Origin: Alphaproteobacteria bacterium
Lineage (GTDB): Bacteria; Pseudomonadota; Alphaproteobacteria; GCA-2731375
NCBI GenBank assembly: GCA_965232515.1
Contig: CBDDPY010000002.1
Location: 1,536,001 to 1,600,000 of the forward strand
Reading direction: 5' to 3'
Length of the DNA: 64,000 nucleotides
Shown piece after piece: positions 49,108-59,842 of the stretch. The notes below the pieces were generated by a model, which saw only the letters and a program-made list of their open reading frames with translations, had not been told where the DNA came from and made no database searches. The first letter of the stretch is position 1, and each line of letters opens with the position of its first letter. The translations under genes and the position numbers were made by a program.

Positions 49108-49291
49108 GAAACCCTCCCAAACGCGGCCGGCGGCGTCCTTCAGGTTTGAACTTATTCGTGGCCGCTAATACATCGCGTTGAAAGTCTTCCCAGTATGGGC
49201 ACATGTAAATTACAGCAACAATACTTCGTCGACCGGGTAACCTGCTGTAACAATGCCGGACTGTTTGCGGTCGTGGATGGGAGATCTGACA

Positions 49292-50389
49292 ATGCACCGG
49301 CGGCATAGATCGCGCGCGGTCCTGATCGCCGTGGCCGCAGCCCTGCTGACGGCGGCCTGCGACGATGCGCCGCCCGAGCAAGCGGAACGCGTCCGCGCGA
49401 TCAAACCCTACTTCGTCGCCGAGCCGGCCGGCGGCGACGTGCGGCGCTATTCCGGCACGATCAGCGCGGCGAATACGTCCGCGCTGAGCTTCGCTGTTGC
49501 CGGCACCGTACAGACCGTCGCCGTCAACCAGGGCGACCGCGTGACGCAAGGCCAGGTGCTGGCGACGCTCGATGCGAAACCGTTCGAGCTGGACGTACAG
49601 GCGCAGCAATCCCAGGAGGCGACGGCACAGGCCGAATTCGACAACCGGCGGGTCGAGCTCGACCGGCAGCGCCAGCTGTTCGAACGCGGCTGGGTGGCGC
49701 GCGCCGCCTACGATCAGGCCGTGGCCGCGTTCGAGGCGGCGGAGGGCAACCTCAACCTCGCGCGCTCGCGCCTGGGCCTGGCCGAGCGCGACCTGACGAA
49801 TACGCGACTGGCGGCGCCCTTCGATGGCGTGATCTCGACCCGCAGCGTCGAACCGTTCATCGAGGTCCAGCGCGGCCAGACGGTGCTGCAGCTGGACTCG
49901 GCGGGCGCCTTCGAGGTCGACCTGTCCATTCCCGATACCGTGGTCGGTCGGTTGTCGCTGGGCGCGCCCGTGAGCATCGATGCGGCGACGGTGCCGGGCT
50001 GCGGCTGCAGCGGCCGGATCACCGAGATCGGCGCTGAGGCGGGCGCGGCGAACGCGGTGCCGGTGACCGCGGCAATCGCCGAAGCGCCGAACGGCCTGTT
50101 GCCGGGCATGGCGGTCGAGGCGAGCGTCATTCTGACCGACGATGGCGGACCGCGCGGTTTCCTGGTGCCGTTGGTGGCGATCGCCGAGGGCGACGAAAAC
50201 GCGCGCGGCTATGTCTTCAAATTCGACCCGCAAGCCGGCGTGGTCCGCCGCACCGCCGTGCGCGGCGACGGCAGCGTCAGCGGCAATCTGGTCAGCATCG
50301 ACGAAGGTGTCGCGGCCGGCGACATCATCGCCGCGGCCGGCGTGAGCTTCCTGCGCGACGGCCAGCGGGTGACGTTGATGGGCCAATAG
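49292..50389 (+). CDS. RND efflux periplasmic adaptor (lipoprotein)
   Basis: LTAAC lipobox; GDRV..GQVLATLD; APFDG. Confidence 0.92.
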   Translation: MHRRHRSRAVLIAVAAALLTAACDDAPPEQAERVRAIKPYFVAEPAGGDVRRYSGTISAANTSALSFAVAGTVQTVAVNQGDRVTQGQVLATLDAKPFELDVQAQQSQEATAQAEFDNRRVELDRQRQLFERGWVARAAYDQAVAAFEAAEGNLNLARSRLGLAERDLTNTRLAAPFDGVISTRSVEPFIEVQRGQTVLQLDSAGAFEVDLSIPDTVVGRLSLGAPVSIDAATVPGCGCSGRITEIGAEAGAANAVPVTAAIAEAPNGLLPGMAVEASVILTDDGGPRGFLVPLVAIAEGDENARGYVFKFDPQAGVVRRTAVRGDGSVSGNLVSIDEGVAAGDIIAAAGVSFLRDGQRVTLMGQ

Positions 50390-50425
50390 CGCCGCTTTCC
50401 GGCGCCGGCGGAGGCGACCGACATC

Positions 50426-53400
50426 ATGAACCTGACAAAGCTGGCGCTCGACAACTCCCGCATCACGATCAGCGGCATCCTGATCGTCATCCTGCTGGGC
50501 ATCACGACCTATCTCTCCTATCCACGGGCGGAAGATCCGTCCATCACCATCCGCAGCGCCAGCATCACGGCGAACTATCCGGGCATGTCGCCGGAACGTG
50601 TCGAGGACCTGATCACCGATCCGCTGGAAGCGGCCATGCGCGAGATCGCGGAAATCGACGAGATCGTGTCGACCTCGCGGATCGGCGCCGTGAAGCTGAC
50701 GGTGACGATCCATGACTGGGTCGACGATCTGGATCCGGTCTTCCAGGACATCCGCAACAAGGCGAACGACGTCAGCGCGCAACTACCCGACGGCACGTTG
50801 GGGCCGTTCGTCAATGACGAGGAAGGCCTGACGGCCGTCGCCACGATCGCCCTGTGGGCCGACGGCTTCTCGCTGGCCGAAATGCGCGACGTGGCGCGCG
50901 ACGCGCGCGACCGGATCTACACCCTGGAGGGGGTTCGGAAGGTCGATATCCTCGGCAATCAGGACGAACGGATCTACCTGGAGATGACGCCGGGCAAGCT
51001 GGCCCAACTCAACGTCTCGCCGGTGGAGATATTCGGCGCGCTGGCGCAGCAGAACATCATCGAGCCCGGCGGCGAGATCGTCGCCGACGGCCGCGCCGTC
51101 TTCCTGGAGCCGACGGGCAACCTGCGGTCCGTGGAGGAGATCCGGGACGTGGTGTTCCGCGTGCCCGACACCAACCGCGTGCTACGGCTCGACGAAATCG
51201 TCGACATTCGTCGGGATTTCGTCGATCCGCCCGAACGGCCGTCCTTCTTCAACAACCGTCCGGCCATCATCCTGGCGGTGTCGACCATCGAGGGCACGAA
51301 CAACGTCGAGTTCGGCGACCGCCTGACGGCGCTGGTGAACGATTTCCAGCAGGAGCTGCCGATCGGCTACGTGCTGGAATACGCCACCTTTCAGCCCGAA
51401 CTGATCGCCGCCGCCGTCGAGAGCGCGGTCTCGAACGTCTACCAGACACTCGCCATCGTGCTGGCCGTGGTCATGCTGTTCCTGGGCCTGCGCACCGGCC
51501 TGATCGTCGGTTCGTTCGTGCCCCTGACCATGCTGCTCGGCGTCATCGTCATGAACGGTTTCGGCGTCGAGCTGCAGCGCATGTCGATCGCGGCGACGAT
51601 CATCTCGCTGGGCCTGTTGGTCGACAACGGCATCGTCGTCGCCGAGGACATCCGCGTACGGCTGGCGCGCGGCGCCGATCGGGTGACGGCGGCCGTCGAG
51701 TCGGGCCGCATGCTGGCGATACCGCTGTTGACCTCGTCGCTGACCACGGTGTTCGCCTTCCTGCCGATGCTGCTGGTCGAGGGCAACTCGGGCGAATACG
51801 TGCGCTCGCTAGCCCAGGTCGTGGCGATCCTGCTGCTCGGCTCCTGGTTCCTGTCGATGACCGCGACGCCGGCCATGTGCGCCTGGTTCATGAGGGCGCC
51901 GACGGCCGAAAACGGGCCGTCAGAGCCGACCTACGATGGACCGCTCTACGCGGTCTACCGCCGGCTTCTGGGTGTGTTTCTGAAATGGCGGCTGCTGGCC
52001 ATCGCTGCGCTGATCGCGCTGCTGGTGCTGTCGGTGCAGGTGCTCGGCCTGGTCAAGACCGAGTTCTTTCCCCTTGGCGACCGAAACCAGCTGCTGGTCT
52101 ATCTCGATCTCGAGGCCGGCACGGATGTGCGCGAGACCGAGGCCGAGCTGCGCAAGCTGACAGCCTGGCTGTCGGACGGCACGGAAAACCCTGATGTCAC
52201 CGGTCATGTCGCCTATGTGGGCTATGGCGGGCCGCGCTTCTTTCTGGCGCTGTCGCCGGTCGATCCCGACCCGCATCGCGCCTTCGTCGTGGTGAATACG
52301 CGGTCGGTCGACGACGTCGGTCCGGCACTGACCCGCATCAACACATTTCTCGACGCGAACATCCCGGCGGCGCGCGCCGACGCCAAACGCATGTGGTTCG
52401 GCGGCACCGAGCCCGGCGTGGTGCAGATCCGCCTGATCGGCCCCGACGGCGACGTCCTGGCCGAACGGGCAAGCCGTCTGATCGAAGCGTTTCATACCGT
52501 TCCGGGCACGGTCGGCATCAAGCAGGACTGGGAAAACAAGATCCTGAAGCTGATCGTCGACGTCGACCAGACGCGCGCGCGGCGGGCCGGGGTCACGTCG
52601 CAGGATGTCGCCGGCGCCCTGAACGCGACCTTCACAGGCTATGCGATCAGCGACTATCGCGAGGGCGACAAGTCCATCCCCATCGTGCTGCGCGGTGATG
52701 ACAGCATGCGGTTCTCGCTCGCCGGCCTGCAGCGGGTGCAGGTCTATTCGACCGCGACGGATTCGTTCGTCGGGCTGGGACAGGTCGCCAGCATCGACGG
52801 CGAATGGCGTTTCAGCCGGATCAAGCGCCGTGACCAGCAGCGCACGCTGACCGTGGAAGCGCGCAATCCCGGCCTGCCGGCGCCGCGTTTGCTGGCGACC
52901 GTTATGCCGGCGATCGAGACGCTCGACCTGCCGGCCGGCTACCGCTACGAGATCGGCGGCGAGATCGAGGATCAGTCGGAGGCGAACGAACGGCTGTTCG
53001 GCCTGCTGCCGTTGGCGCTCGCCGGCATCGTCGTGCTGCTTGTCGGACAGTTCAACTCGTTCCGCAAGGGCGGCATCGTGCTGGCGACGATCCCGCTGAT
53101 CCTGATCGGCGGCACGCTCGGCCTGGTCGTGATGAACGCGCCCTACGGCTTCATGGTGCTGCTGGGATTCTTCAGTCTGGCCGGCATCGTCATCAACAAC
53201 GGCATCGTCCTGATCGACCGCATTCAGATCGAGGAGGCGGCCGGGCGCGAGCGCCTGGACGCCGTGATCACCGCCTGCCTGGCGCGGCTGCGGCCGATCC
53301 TGATGGCGACGCTGACCACCGTGCTGGGGCTGATCCCGCTGATCCTGTTCGGCGGCGCGCTGTTCTACGGCATGGCGAGCGTGATCGCGTTCGGCCTGAT

Positions 53401-53515
53401 CGTGGCGACGGTCTTCACGCTCGGCTTCGTGCCGGCGCTCTACACCCTGTTCTTCGGCATCTCGACGCGCGAGGCCACGACGGCCACGCACGCGGCTCCG
53501 GCAAACGCGGACTGA
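50426..53515 (+). CDS. RND efflux permease (AcrB family)
   Basis: LGLLVDNGIVV, INNGIVLID, RLRPILM; 1029 aa. Confidence 0.95.
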   Translation: MNLTKLALDNSRITISGILIVILLGITTYLSYPRAEDPSITIRSASITANYPGMSPERVEDLITDPLEAAMREIAEIDEIVSTSRIGAVKLTVTIHDWVDDLDPVFQDIRNKANDVSAQLPDGTLGPFVNDEEGLTAVATIALWADGFSLAEMRDVARDARDRIYTLEGVRKVDILGNQDERIYLEMTPGKLAQLNVSPVEIFGALAQQNIIEPGGEIVADGRAVFLEPTGNLRSVEEIRDVVFRVPDTNRVLRLDEIVDIRRDFVDPPERPSFFNNRPAIILAVSTIEGTNNVEFGDRLTALVNDFQQELPIGYVLEYATFQPELIAAAVESAVSNVYQTLAIVLAVVMLFLGLRTGLIVGSFVPLTMLLGVIVMNGFGVELQRMSIAATIISLGLLVDNGIVVAEDIRVRLARGADRVTAAVESGRMLAIPLLTSSLTTVFAFLPMLLVEGNSGEYVRSLAQVVAILLLGSWFLSMTATPAMCAWFMRAPTAENGPSEPTYDGPLYAVYRRLLGVFLKWRLLAIAALIALLVLSVQVLGLVKTEFFPLGDRNQLLVYLDLEAGTDVRETEAELRKLTAWLSDGTENPDVTGHVAYVGYGGPRFFLALSPVDPDPHRAFVVVNTRSVDDVGPALTRINTFLDANIPAARADAKRMWFGGTEPGVVQIRLIGPDGDVLAERASRLIEAFHTVPGTVGIKQDWENKILKLIVDVDQTRARRAGVTSQDVAGALNATFTGYAISDYREGDKSIPIVLRGDDSMRFSLAGLQRVQVYSTATDSFVGLGQVASIDGEWRFSRIKRRDQQRTLTVEARNPGLPAPRLLATVMPAIETLDLPAGYRYEIGGEIEDQSEANERLFGLLPLALAGIVVLLVGQFNSFRKGGIVLATIPLILIGGTLGLVVMNAPYGFMVLLGFFSLAGIVINNGIVLIDRIQIEEAAGRERLDAVITACLARLRPILMATLTTVLGLIPLILFGGALFYGMASVIAFGLIVATVFTLGFVPALYTLFFGISTREATTATHAAPANAD

Positions 53516-53636
53516 CGCCGGAGTCAGTTGATTCAGCGGCGGTGCGCCGCGTCGATGGCGGCCCGGAGTTCTTTCGCCCAACGATCGAAGGTCGGTTCCG
53601 CCTCCCCCGCAAAGCCGTGAATGACTCCGGGAACGA

Positions 53637-55157
53637 CTACATCCCGGCCCTGCTGAAGCCGCGCAAACAGTTCGGCTGATCATCGGCGTCGAACGGATGG
53701 CAGGGTCGCGGGATGTTGGCCCAATGCAGGGCGCGCAGATCGCAGGATGTTGGACCCGGGCCATCGACGATGATCGTGGCCGGCGCCCAGGCATAGGCGT
53801 TCCTGAAGTTCATGTGGTTCTTGACCACGAGGAACTTCTGGCGCCGGACATCGATACCGGCGGCAGCGAAATGCTCGTCGTCATGTTCATAGCAAGACTG
53901 TGCGCTGACCAGGACGGAGGCCCGGCCGATCGTCAGCACCGCCGAGGGACCCATGCTGGCACGGACGCCGCCCATCAGGCCGCCGCGATAGCTGAAGCGG
54001 CCGTCGAACACATGCGCGACCTTGCCTGAGAAAGGAACCGGCATACCGAACCGCGTGTCGATCTTGTGGCCCAGCATTCCGTCGATGGCGGCGCCGACGC
54101 CGAGCCGGTGGGCCGCCTTGGCGATTTCCGGGTCGACGACCTGGATCGCCAGCGACTCGCCAAGACCTGCGTCGAGATACGCGCGCAGGACGGCGACGCT
54201 GTCACCGGCGGCGCCGCCGCCGGCCGTATCGGCGCAATCGGATATCACCACCGGCCCGTCGGGCGTGGCCCGTCCGATCCGCAAAGCGGTTTCGGCCGAA
54301 ACCGCTGCGACCGCGAGCTCGGCGCGCCGCGACCAGATGCGACGTACGATATCATCGGCCAAGCGCTCCGCCCGCGCGCGGTCGCCATCGACCAGAGCGA
54401 CGGCGGCCGTGCCCACATCCGGCAGATCGAGCCAAGCCTGTACGGGAAAATAGCTCAGGGCGACGGCGTCGCCTGCCGCCTCCAATGCCCGGCAATGGCG
54501 ATAGAGGTCCCGCATCAGCCCCGGCACCATGGTGCCGCAGGCAACCGGCGGGAACAGCGCGGCGATCTTTCGCATGGCCATCGCTGGTCTGATCTCGCCA
54601 GCCACGATCCGCAACAGAAGGCCCGTCGCCCTGACGCCGGTTTCAAACGTGTCGTCGTGGGGATAGTGCTGATAGCCGACCAAAGCATCGACGCGGTCCA
54701 GCATCTCGCACGTGACATGCGCGTGGAGATCGCAGCTTACGACCAGCGGCACCGAGCCGATCAGTTCACGGACGTCGCCCAGCAGATCGGCCTCTGCATC
54801 ATCGACACCGTCGCAGATCATGGCGCCGTGCAGCGCAAGGAAGAGACCGTCTAGCGGACCCGCCGCCCGTACGGCGCCCAACAGGCGCGCCTTCAGCGCC
54901 GCATAGGCTTCGGCGTCGATCCGGCCGCCCGCGCCGCCATGCGTGGCGATCAGCGGCACCGCGTCGGCGTTCGCCGCCGCCGCGACCGCCAGCGCGCCGG
55001 CAACTTCGAGGCGGCTGTCCGCCAGTTGGTCGATGATCTCCTGTCCCTGGCAGAAGTATTTGTTGGTGAAATCGGACAGGGTCGTTTGCACGGGCGAAAA
55101 GGTATTGCCTTCAAACAGCAAGGCGCCGATACCGATGCGCTTCCTGCGATGCGTCAT
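53637..55157 (-). CDS. M81-family metallopeptidase (MlrC-like)
   Basis: EGNTFSP, LHGAM, DLHA, YPHDD, DTAGGGAAGD. Confidence 0.88.
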   Translation of the reverse strand: MTHRRKRIGIGALLFEGNTFSPVQTTLSDFTNKYFCQGQEIIDQLADSRLEVAGALAVAAAANADAVPLIATHGGAGGRIDAEAYAALKARLLGAVRAAGPLDGLFLALHGAMICDGVDDAEADLLGDVRELIGSVPLVVSCDLHAHVTCEMLDRVDALVGYQHYPHDDTFETGVRATGLLLRIVAGEIRPAMAMRKIAALFPPVACGTMVPGLMRDLYRHCRALEAAGDAVALSYFPVQAWLDLPDVGTAAVALVDGDRARAERLADDIVRRIWSRRAELAVAAVSAETALRIGRATPDGPVVISDCADTAGGGAAGDSVAVLRAYLDAGLGESLAIQVVDPEIAKAAHRLGVGAAIDGMLGHKIDTRFGMPVPFSGKVAHVFDGRFSYRGGLMGGVRASMGPSAVLTIGRASVLVSAQSCYEHDDEHFAAAGIDVRRQKFLVVKNHMNFRNAYAWAPATIIVDGPGPTSCDLRALHWANIPRPCHPFDADDQPNCLRGFSRAGM

Positions 55158-55240
55158 ACCGAACTCTCCTGACCGCCCTGCCCGGCCGCCGAACCGGCGG
55201 CCTCCGCCGACGGTTGCCAAAAAGCGTTTGCCCGGCCGAT

Positions 55241-55256
55241 AAGTTACCGGTAACAT
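55241..55256. promoter_or_regulatory. LacI/GntR-type operator palindrome
   Basis: AAGTTACCGGTAACAT between divergent mlrC-like and TRAP genes. Confidence 0.7.
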
Positions 55257-55297
55257 TTTTGCGTTGTCAAAACATCTATCAGGCCAGGGAGAAGGAA

Positions 55298-56326
55298 ATG
55301 CTGGGATTATCAACGAGGCGGAAACCGCCAACTTCGATCCGGCGACTCGGCGCGGCGGTCGCGTTTGGCGCCGCCGTGGCGATCACCGCGGTCGCGGACG
55401 CCCGGGCAGAGGTCACCATGCGGCTGGCCTGGGCCGGCTCGGAGGACGCGCCCTACGCGGTAGGCGCAAACAAGTTCAAGGAGCTGATCGAGCAGTACAC
55501 CAACGGCGAGATCAAGGTGAAGCTCTTTTGCTGCTTCAAGATGGGCGGCGAGCAGGAGATGTTCAAAAAGCTGCAGCTCGGCACGCTCGACGGCACCATC
55601 ATCGCCCAGAACAATGCCGGCCCGTTCTTTCCGCTGATCGACCTGTTCGTGCTGCCCTACGTGTTCCAAAGCTACGAACACGCCATCAAGGTCGTCGATG
55701 GTCCGATCGGCAAGCGTATCGCCGACCAGATGCTGAACGACACCGGCGTGCACTTGATCTCGTTCGTCGAGGTTTCGTTCCGCAACATCTACAACTCGAA
55801 ACGGCCGATCAATTCGATCGCCGATGTCGGCGGCCTGCGTTACCGCGTGCCCAAGAACACGGTGATGATCGATACTTACAAGGCCTTCGGCGCCGAACCG
55901 ACGCCCATTGCCTGGTCGGAGACCTTCACGGCGACACAGACCGGCATCGTCGATGGCGGCGACTCCGGCGTCTACTGGCTGAAGGCGGCGAAGTTCTACG
56001 AGATCTGCAAGCACTACGCGATCACCGAACACTTCGCCCTGGCCTCGCCGTTCCTGGTCAGCGACAAGTTCATGCAGAAGCTGACGCCCGAACAGCAGGA
56101 CCTGGTGCGCAAGGCCGGCCACGAAGCGGCGCTGGTCGAACGGCAGAACGTGCGCGACAGCGAGAGCGCGATCGCGGACGAGATGAAGCAGGCCGGCGTC
56201 AAGTTCACCTATCCGGACAAGGCGCCGTTCATCGCCGCCGCGAAGGTCGTGCAGGACGCATTCGTCAAGGAACGCGGCGATGCCTATGGCGAGTTGCTGA
56301 CGGCCATCGAAAAGGCGGCGATGTAG
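55298..56326 (+). CDS. dctP: TRAP substrate-binding protein
   Basis: LPYVF, FRN, YRVP, SETFTATQTGIVDG. Confidence 0.88.
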   Translation: MLGLSTRRKPPTSIRRLGAAVAFGAAVAITAVADARAEVTMRLAWAGSEDAPYAVGANKFKELIEQYTNGEIKVKLFCCFKMGGEQEMFKKLQLGTLDGTIIAQNNAGPFFPLIDLFVLPYVFQSYEHAIKVVDGPIGKRIADQMLNDTGVHLISFVEVSFRNIYNSKRPINSIADVGGLRYRVPKNTVMIDTYKAFGAEPTPIAWSETFTATQTGIVDGGDSGVYWLKAAKFYEICKHYAITEHFALASPFLVSDKFMQKLTPEQQDLVRKAGHEAALVERQNVRDSESAIADEMKQAGVKFTYPDKAPFIAAAKVVQDAFVKERGDAYGELLTAIEKAAM

Positions 56327-56390
56327 GTCGGGCCGTCCCTGGTGGCGCCGCCCGGCCGCGCGGCCGGGCGGCCTGTCTGGAAACAGCATC

Positions 56391-56930
56391 GTGAAACGCC
56401 TGCTTAGCGAGTTCCTTGGCGTCCTCGACCGCCGGTTCGAGGAGACGGCCTGCGCCGTCCTGCTGTCCGTGATGGGCGCGATGATCTTCCTCCAGGTCAT
56501 CATGCGCTACGTGTTCTCGAACCCCCTGTCCTGGACCGATGAAATCGCCGTCTATTGCATGGTCTGGTCCGTCTATCTCGGCGGTGCGCTGGCGGTGCGC
56601 GAGCGCGCCCATATCCGCGTGCTGAACGGCATCCTGGCGTTCGGTGGACGCGTTTCGCTGGCCCTCGTCGTGTTCAGCGACGCCTTGTGGGCGGCGATCA
56701 ACGTGCTGCTGGTCTGGCAGGGGCTGATCCTGGAAGCGTCGTTCTGGTCGCAGCCCTATGTGTCGCCGGCGCTGGGGATCGATCAGAAGTGGCCTTATCT
56801 GATCGTGCCACTGGGTTTCGCCCTGATGACCCTGCGTCTGGGTCAGATCTACGTGCGCTGGATCAGCCATGGCGAACCGCCGACCCGCGGGCTCGTCGGG
56901 GGCGCGGCGACACCTGGCGGCGACACATGA
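56391..56930 (+). CDS. dctQ: TRAP small permease
   Basis: QVIMRYVF..WTDEIA..HIRV. Confidence 0.88.
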   Translation: MKRLLSEFLGVLDRRFEETACAVLLSVMGAMIFLQVIMRYVFSNPLSWTDEIAVYCMVWSVYLGGALAVRERAHIRVLNGILAFGGRVSLALVVFSDALWAAINVLLVWQGLILEASFWSQPYVSPALGIDQKWPYLIVPLGFALMTLRLGQIYVRWISHGEPPTRGLVGGAATPGGDT

Positions 56931-58219
56931 CTGACAGCATCATCATGTTCGCGGCGCTGTTTGGCGCCATCGCGCTCGGCGTGCCGATCCCCGCCGCCGT
57001 CGCCATCGCTTGCGCCGTCGGCGTCCTGCTGGTCGATATCCCGCTCGTGTTCCTGGCCCAGAACATGTACGACGCGCTGGAAGGCATCCCGTTGATGACG
57101 ATCCCGCTGTTCGTGCTGGCGGGCGCCCTGATGGAAAAGGGCGGCATGGCGATGCGGCTGGTCAACGTGGCCCAGGCCATGGTCGGCCGGTTTCGCGGCA
57201 GCCTGGGCCTGGTGGCGATCGTCGGCTGCACCTTCTTCGCCGCCCTGTCGGGCTCGGGCCCCGCAACGACGGCCGCCGTCGGCGCCGTCACCCTGCCGGC
57301 GATGCTGAAGCAGAGATACGCGCCGGCCTTCGGCGGCGCGGTGGTGGCCTCGGGCGGGGCGCTCGGCAGCCTGATCCCGCCAAGCAATTTGATGATCATC
57401 TACGGCATCGTGTCGGACAACTCGATCCCGCGGCTGTTCCTGGCCGGCATCCTGCCCGGCATCGCGGCCAGCCTGCTGCTGATGGTCTGCGTCTGGCTGA
57501 TCGCCCGGCGCCGCGGCTATGGCGGCAGCGACGAGCCGTTCTCATGGCCGCGGCTGCGGCACGCGCTCTGGGACGGCAAGTGGGCGCTGGCGGCGCCGCT
57601 GGTAATCCTTGGCGGTATCTATTCCGGCATCTTCACAACGACGGAGGCGGCCGCCGTCGCCAACGTCTATGCCCTGCTGGTCGGCCTGTTCGTCTATCGC
57701 GGCCTGTCCGCCGGCGATCTGCTCGACTGTCTCAAGGTCACGGCCATCATCTCCGGCAGCGTCGTCATCATCCTCGGACCGGCAAAGGCCTTCGGCCAAC
57801 TGGTCAGCCTGATGGAGGTGCCGGAACTGATCGGCAGCCTGCTGACCGGCGCCACCGAAAGCGCTTTCCTGACGCTGATGATCATCGCCGTGGTCCTGAT
57901 CGTGACCGGCATGTTTCTCGAATCCATCGCGCAGATCATTCTGTTCACGCCGCTGCTGCTGCCGATCGTCGTGCCGTTGGGCATCGATCCCATCGCCTTC
58001 GGCATCATGATGGTGGTGGCCTGCGAGATCGGCTTCCTGACCCCGCCGGTCGGCGCCAATCTGTTTGTCGCCGCCCGCTTGACCGGCCTCGGGATCGAGC
58101 CCATCTCGGTCGCCGTGATTCCGTTCCTGTTCGTCTATGTCCTGATCATCATCGGACTAGCGCTGGCGCCCGATGCGGTGTTGCTGCTGCCGAACGCGGT
58201 GTATGGTCCGTCGGGCTGA
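56927..58219 (+). CDS. dctM: TRAP large permease
   Basis: IPLFVLAG, SGSGPA, LIPPS, TTTEAA, TPPVG. Confidence 0.9.
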   Translation: MTDSIIMFAALFGAIALGVPIPAAVAIACAVGVLLVDIPLVFLAQNMYDALEGIPLMTIPLFVLAGALMEKGGMAMRLVNVAQAMVGRFRGSLGLVAIVGCTFFAALSGSGPATTAAVGAVTLPAMLKQRYAPAFGGAVVASGGALGSLIPPSNLMIIYGIVSDNSIPRLFLAGILPGIAASLLLMVCVWLIARRRGYGGSDEPFSWPRLRHALWDGKWALAAPLVILGGIYSGIFTTTEAAAVANVYALLVGLFVYRGLSAGDLLDCLKVTAIISGSVVIILGPAKAFGQLVSLMEVPELIGSLLTGATESAFLTLMIIAVVLIVTGMFLESIAQIILFTPLLLPIVVPLGIDPIAFGIMMVVACEIGFLTPPVGANLFVAARLTGLGIEPISVAVIPFLFVYVLIIIGLALAPDAVLLLPNAVYGPSG

Positions 58220-58265
58220 ATCAGGCGGCCGGGCGGATCGACGACGTCGGGCCGACGGCGCGCAT

Positions 58266-59345
58266 ATGGCGGGCAAGACGTTGGGAACCGAGAAAAAGCC
58301 GGCACGGCGGCGGCGGCGATCCTATGCCGGACTGCAGATCCGCGATGTTTCGCGGCTGTCGGGCGTGTCGACGCAGACCGTGTCGCGCTACTTCAACACG
58401 CCGCACAAGGTGAGCGAGAAGACCCGGGCGAAGATCGCCGAAGCCGTGGAAGCGACCGGCTATATCCCCAACATGGTCGCCAAGGGCCTGTCGTCGAACC
58501 GGACCAATATCGTCGCTGCGATCGTGCCGACGATCACCCATTCGATCTTCGCCGACGTCCTGGCAGGCATCTCGCGCGTGCTGGAGGAACAGAACCATCG
58601 CCTGCTGATCTCGGAGAGCGGCTATTCCCTCAACCGGGAAGAGGCGCTGATCCGCGAACTGATGGCGCAGCGGCCCGGCGGCATCGTGTTGATCGGACAG
58701 ACCCGCACCGACGGCGCGCGGGCGTTGTTGAACCGACTCACCATACCGGTGGTCGAACTGTTGGAGATCGACGCGCCACCATGCGATCTGGGCGTGGGTT
58801 TTTCCAACTTCAATGCTTGCCTGGAGATGACCAACCGGCTGATCGAAGCGGGTTATCGGAAGATCGGCTTCATCTGCGCGCCGTTCGAGGCGAACGACCG
58901 CGCCACCCGCCGCTACCAGGGCTACCTGCAGGCGATGCGGGATGCGGGCATCGAGCCCGCGCCGGGCTGGCTGCGCACGGCGTCGTTTTCCTATCGGGAG
59001 GGCGCCCGCGTTTTCGGGCGACTGATCGACGACCATCCCGAGCTCGAGGTCGTGTTCAGCAACGACATCCTCGCCGTCGGCGGCGTGCTCGAATGCCAAC
59101 GCCGCGGCCTTGCCATCCCGGCCGATATCGGGATCTGCGGCTTCGACGACCTCGAATTGGCGTCACTCACCAACCCGCCGCTGACCACGGTGCAGATCCC
59201 CCGGTACGAGATCGGCCGCCGGGCCGCCACGCTGGTGCTTGCCGCCAATGCGGGCGAGCGCCCCGAAAACACGACGGTCGATGTCGGCTTCAAGATCGTG
59301 TCGCGCGGCAGCACCCGCCCGATCAGAGAGAACGGCGCGACGTAG
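58266..59345 (+). CDS. LacI-family regulator (GntR-like)
   Basis: IRDVSRLSGVSTQTVSR; GYIPN; GFDD. Confidence 0.9.
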   Translation: MAGKTLGTEKKPARRRRRSYAGLQIRDVSRLSGVSTQTVSRYFNTPHKVSEKTRAKIAEAVEATGYIPNMVAKGLSSNRTNIVAAIVPTITHSIFADVLAGISRVLEEQNHRLLISESGYSLNREEALIRELMAQRPGGIVLIGQTRTDGARALLNRLTIPVVELLEIDAPPCDLGVGFSNFNACLEMTNRLIEAGYRKIGFICAPFEANDRATRRYQGYLQAMRDAGIEPAPGWLRTASFSYREGARVFGRLIDDHPELEVVFSNDILAVGGVLECQRRGLAIPADIGICGFDDLELASLTNPPLTTVQIPRYEIGRRAATLVLAANAGERPENTTVDVGFKIVSRGSTRPIRENGAT

Positions 59346-59408
59346 CGCCGAAACACACAACGGTCACCGTCTGGGGCTGTTCGCCAATCATCGATATTTG
59401 CCGTTCCG

Positions 59409-59435
59409 TGTCGGGAACGTAGGCTGTCGGACGTC
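59409..59435 (+). promoter_or_regulatory. Putative ECF42 promoter
   Basis: TGTCGG-N17-CGTC; same motif at 61085-61111. Confidence 0.55.
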
Positions 59436-59470
59436 CTTGCGGTTGCGACAAGGCGTTTCGGGAGAAGCCC

Positions 59471-59842
59471 ATGCTCTATTCGATCCTGATCTACACCGCC
59501 GAGGGTGTGTTCGACCGGCTGCCGCCCGAGGAGCAGGAGGCCGTCCTGAAAAGGCATCGCGATCTGCAGGCGAAGCTCGCCGCGCGCGGCGATTTCGCGG
59601 TCGCCCAGCTGATGCCGGTCAGCAATGCGGTGACGTTGAAACCGACGGCCGATACGGCCGGGAAGCCGCTGGTGATCGACGGGCCGTTCGCGGAGACGAA
59701 GGAACGGTTCGCCGGCTTCTACATCGTCGACTGCGAGACCCTCGACGAGGCGGTCGCGCTGGCAAGTGAGCTGGGCGGCAGCCACGATTCGCTCGAGGTT
59801 CGGCCGGTCGCCTGGGCGGGTGGCGTGCTGGCCGCGCCGTGA
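59471..59842 (+). CDS. YciI/DGPF-family protein
   Basis: DGPFAETKE..AGFY..EVRP. Confidence 0.9.
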   Translation: MLYSILIYTAEGVFDRLPPEEQEAVLKRHRDLQAKLAARGDFAVAQLMPVSNAVTLKPTADTAGKPLVIDGPFAETKERFAGFYIVDCETLDEAVALASELGGSHDSLEVRPVAWAGGVLAAP

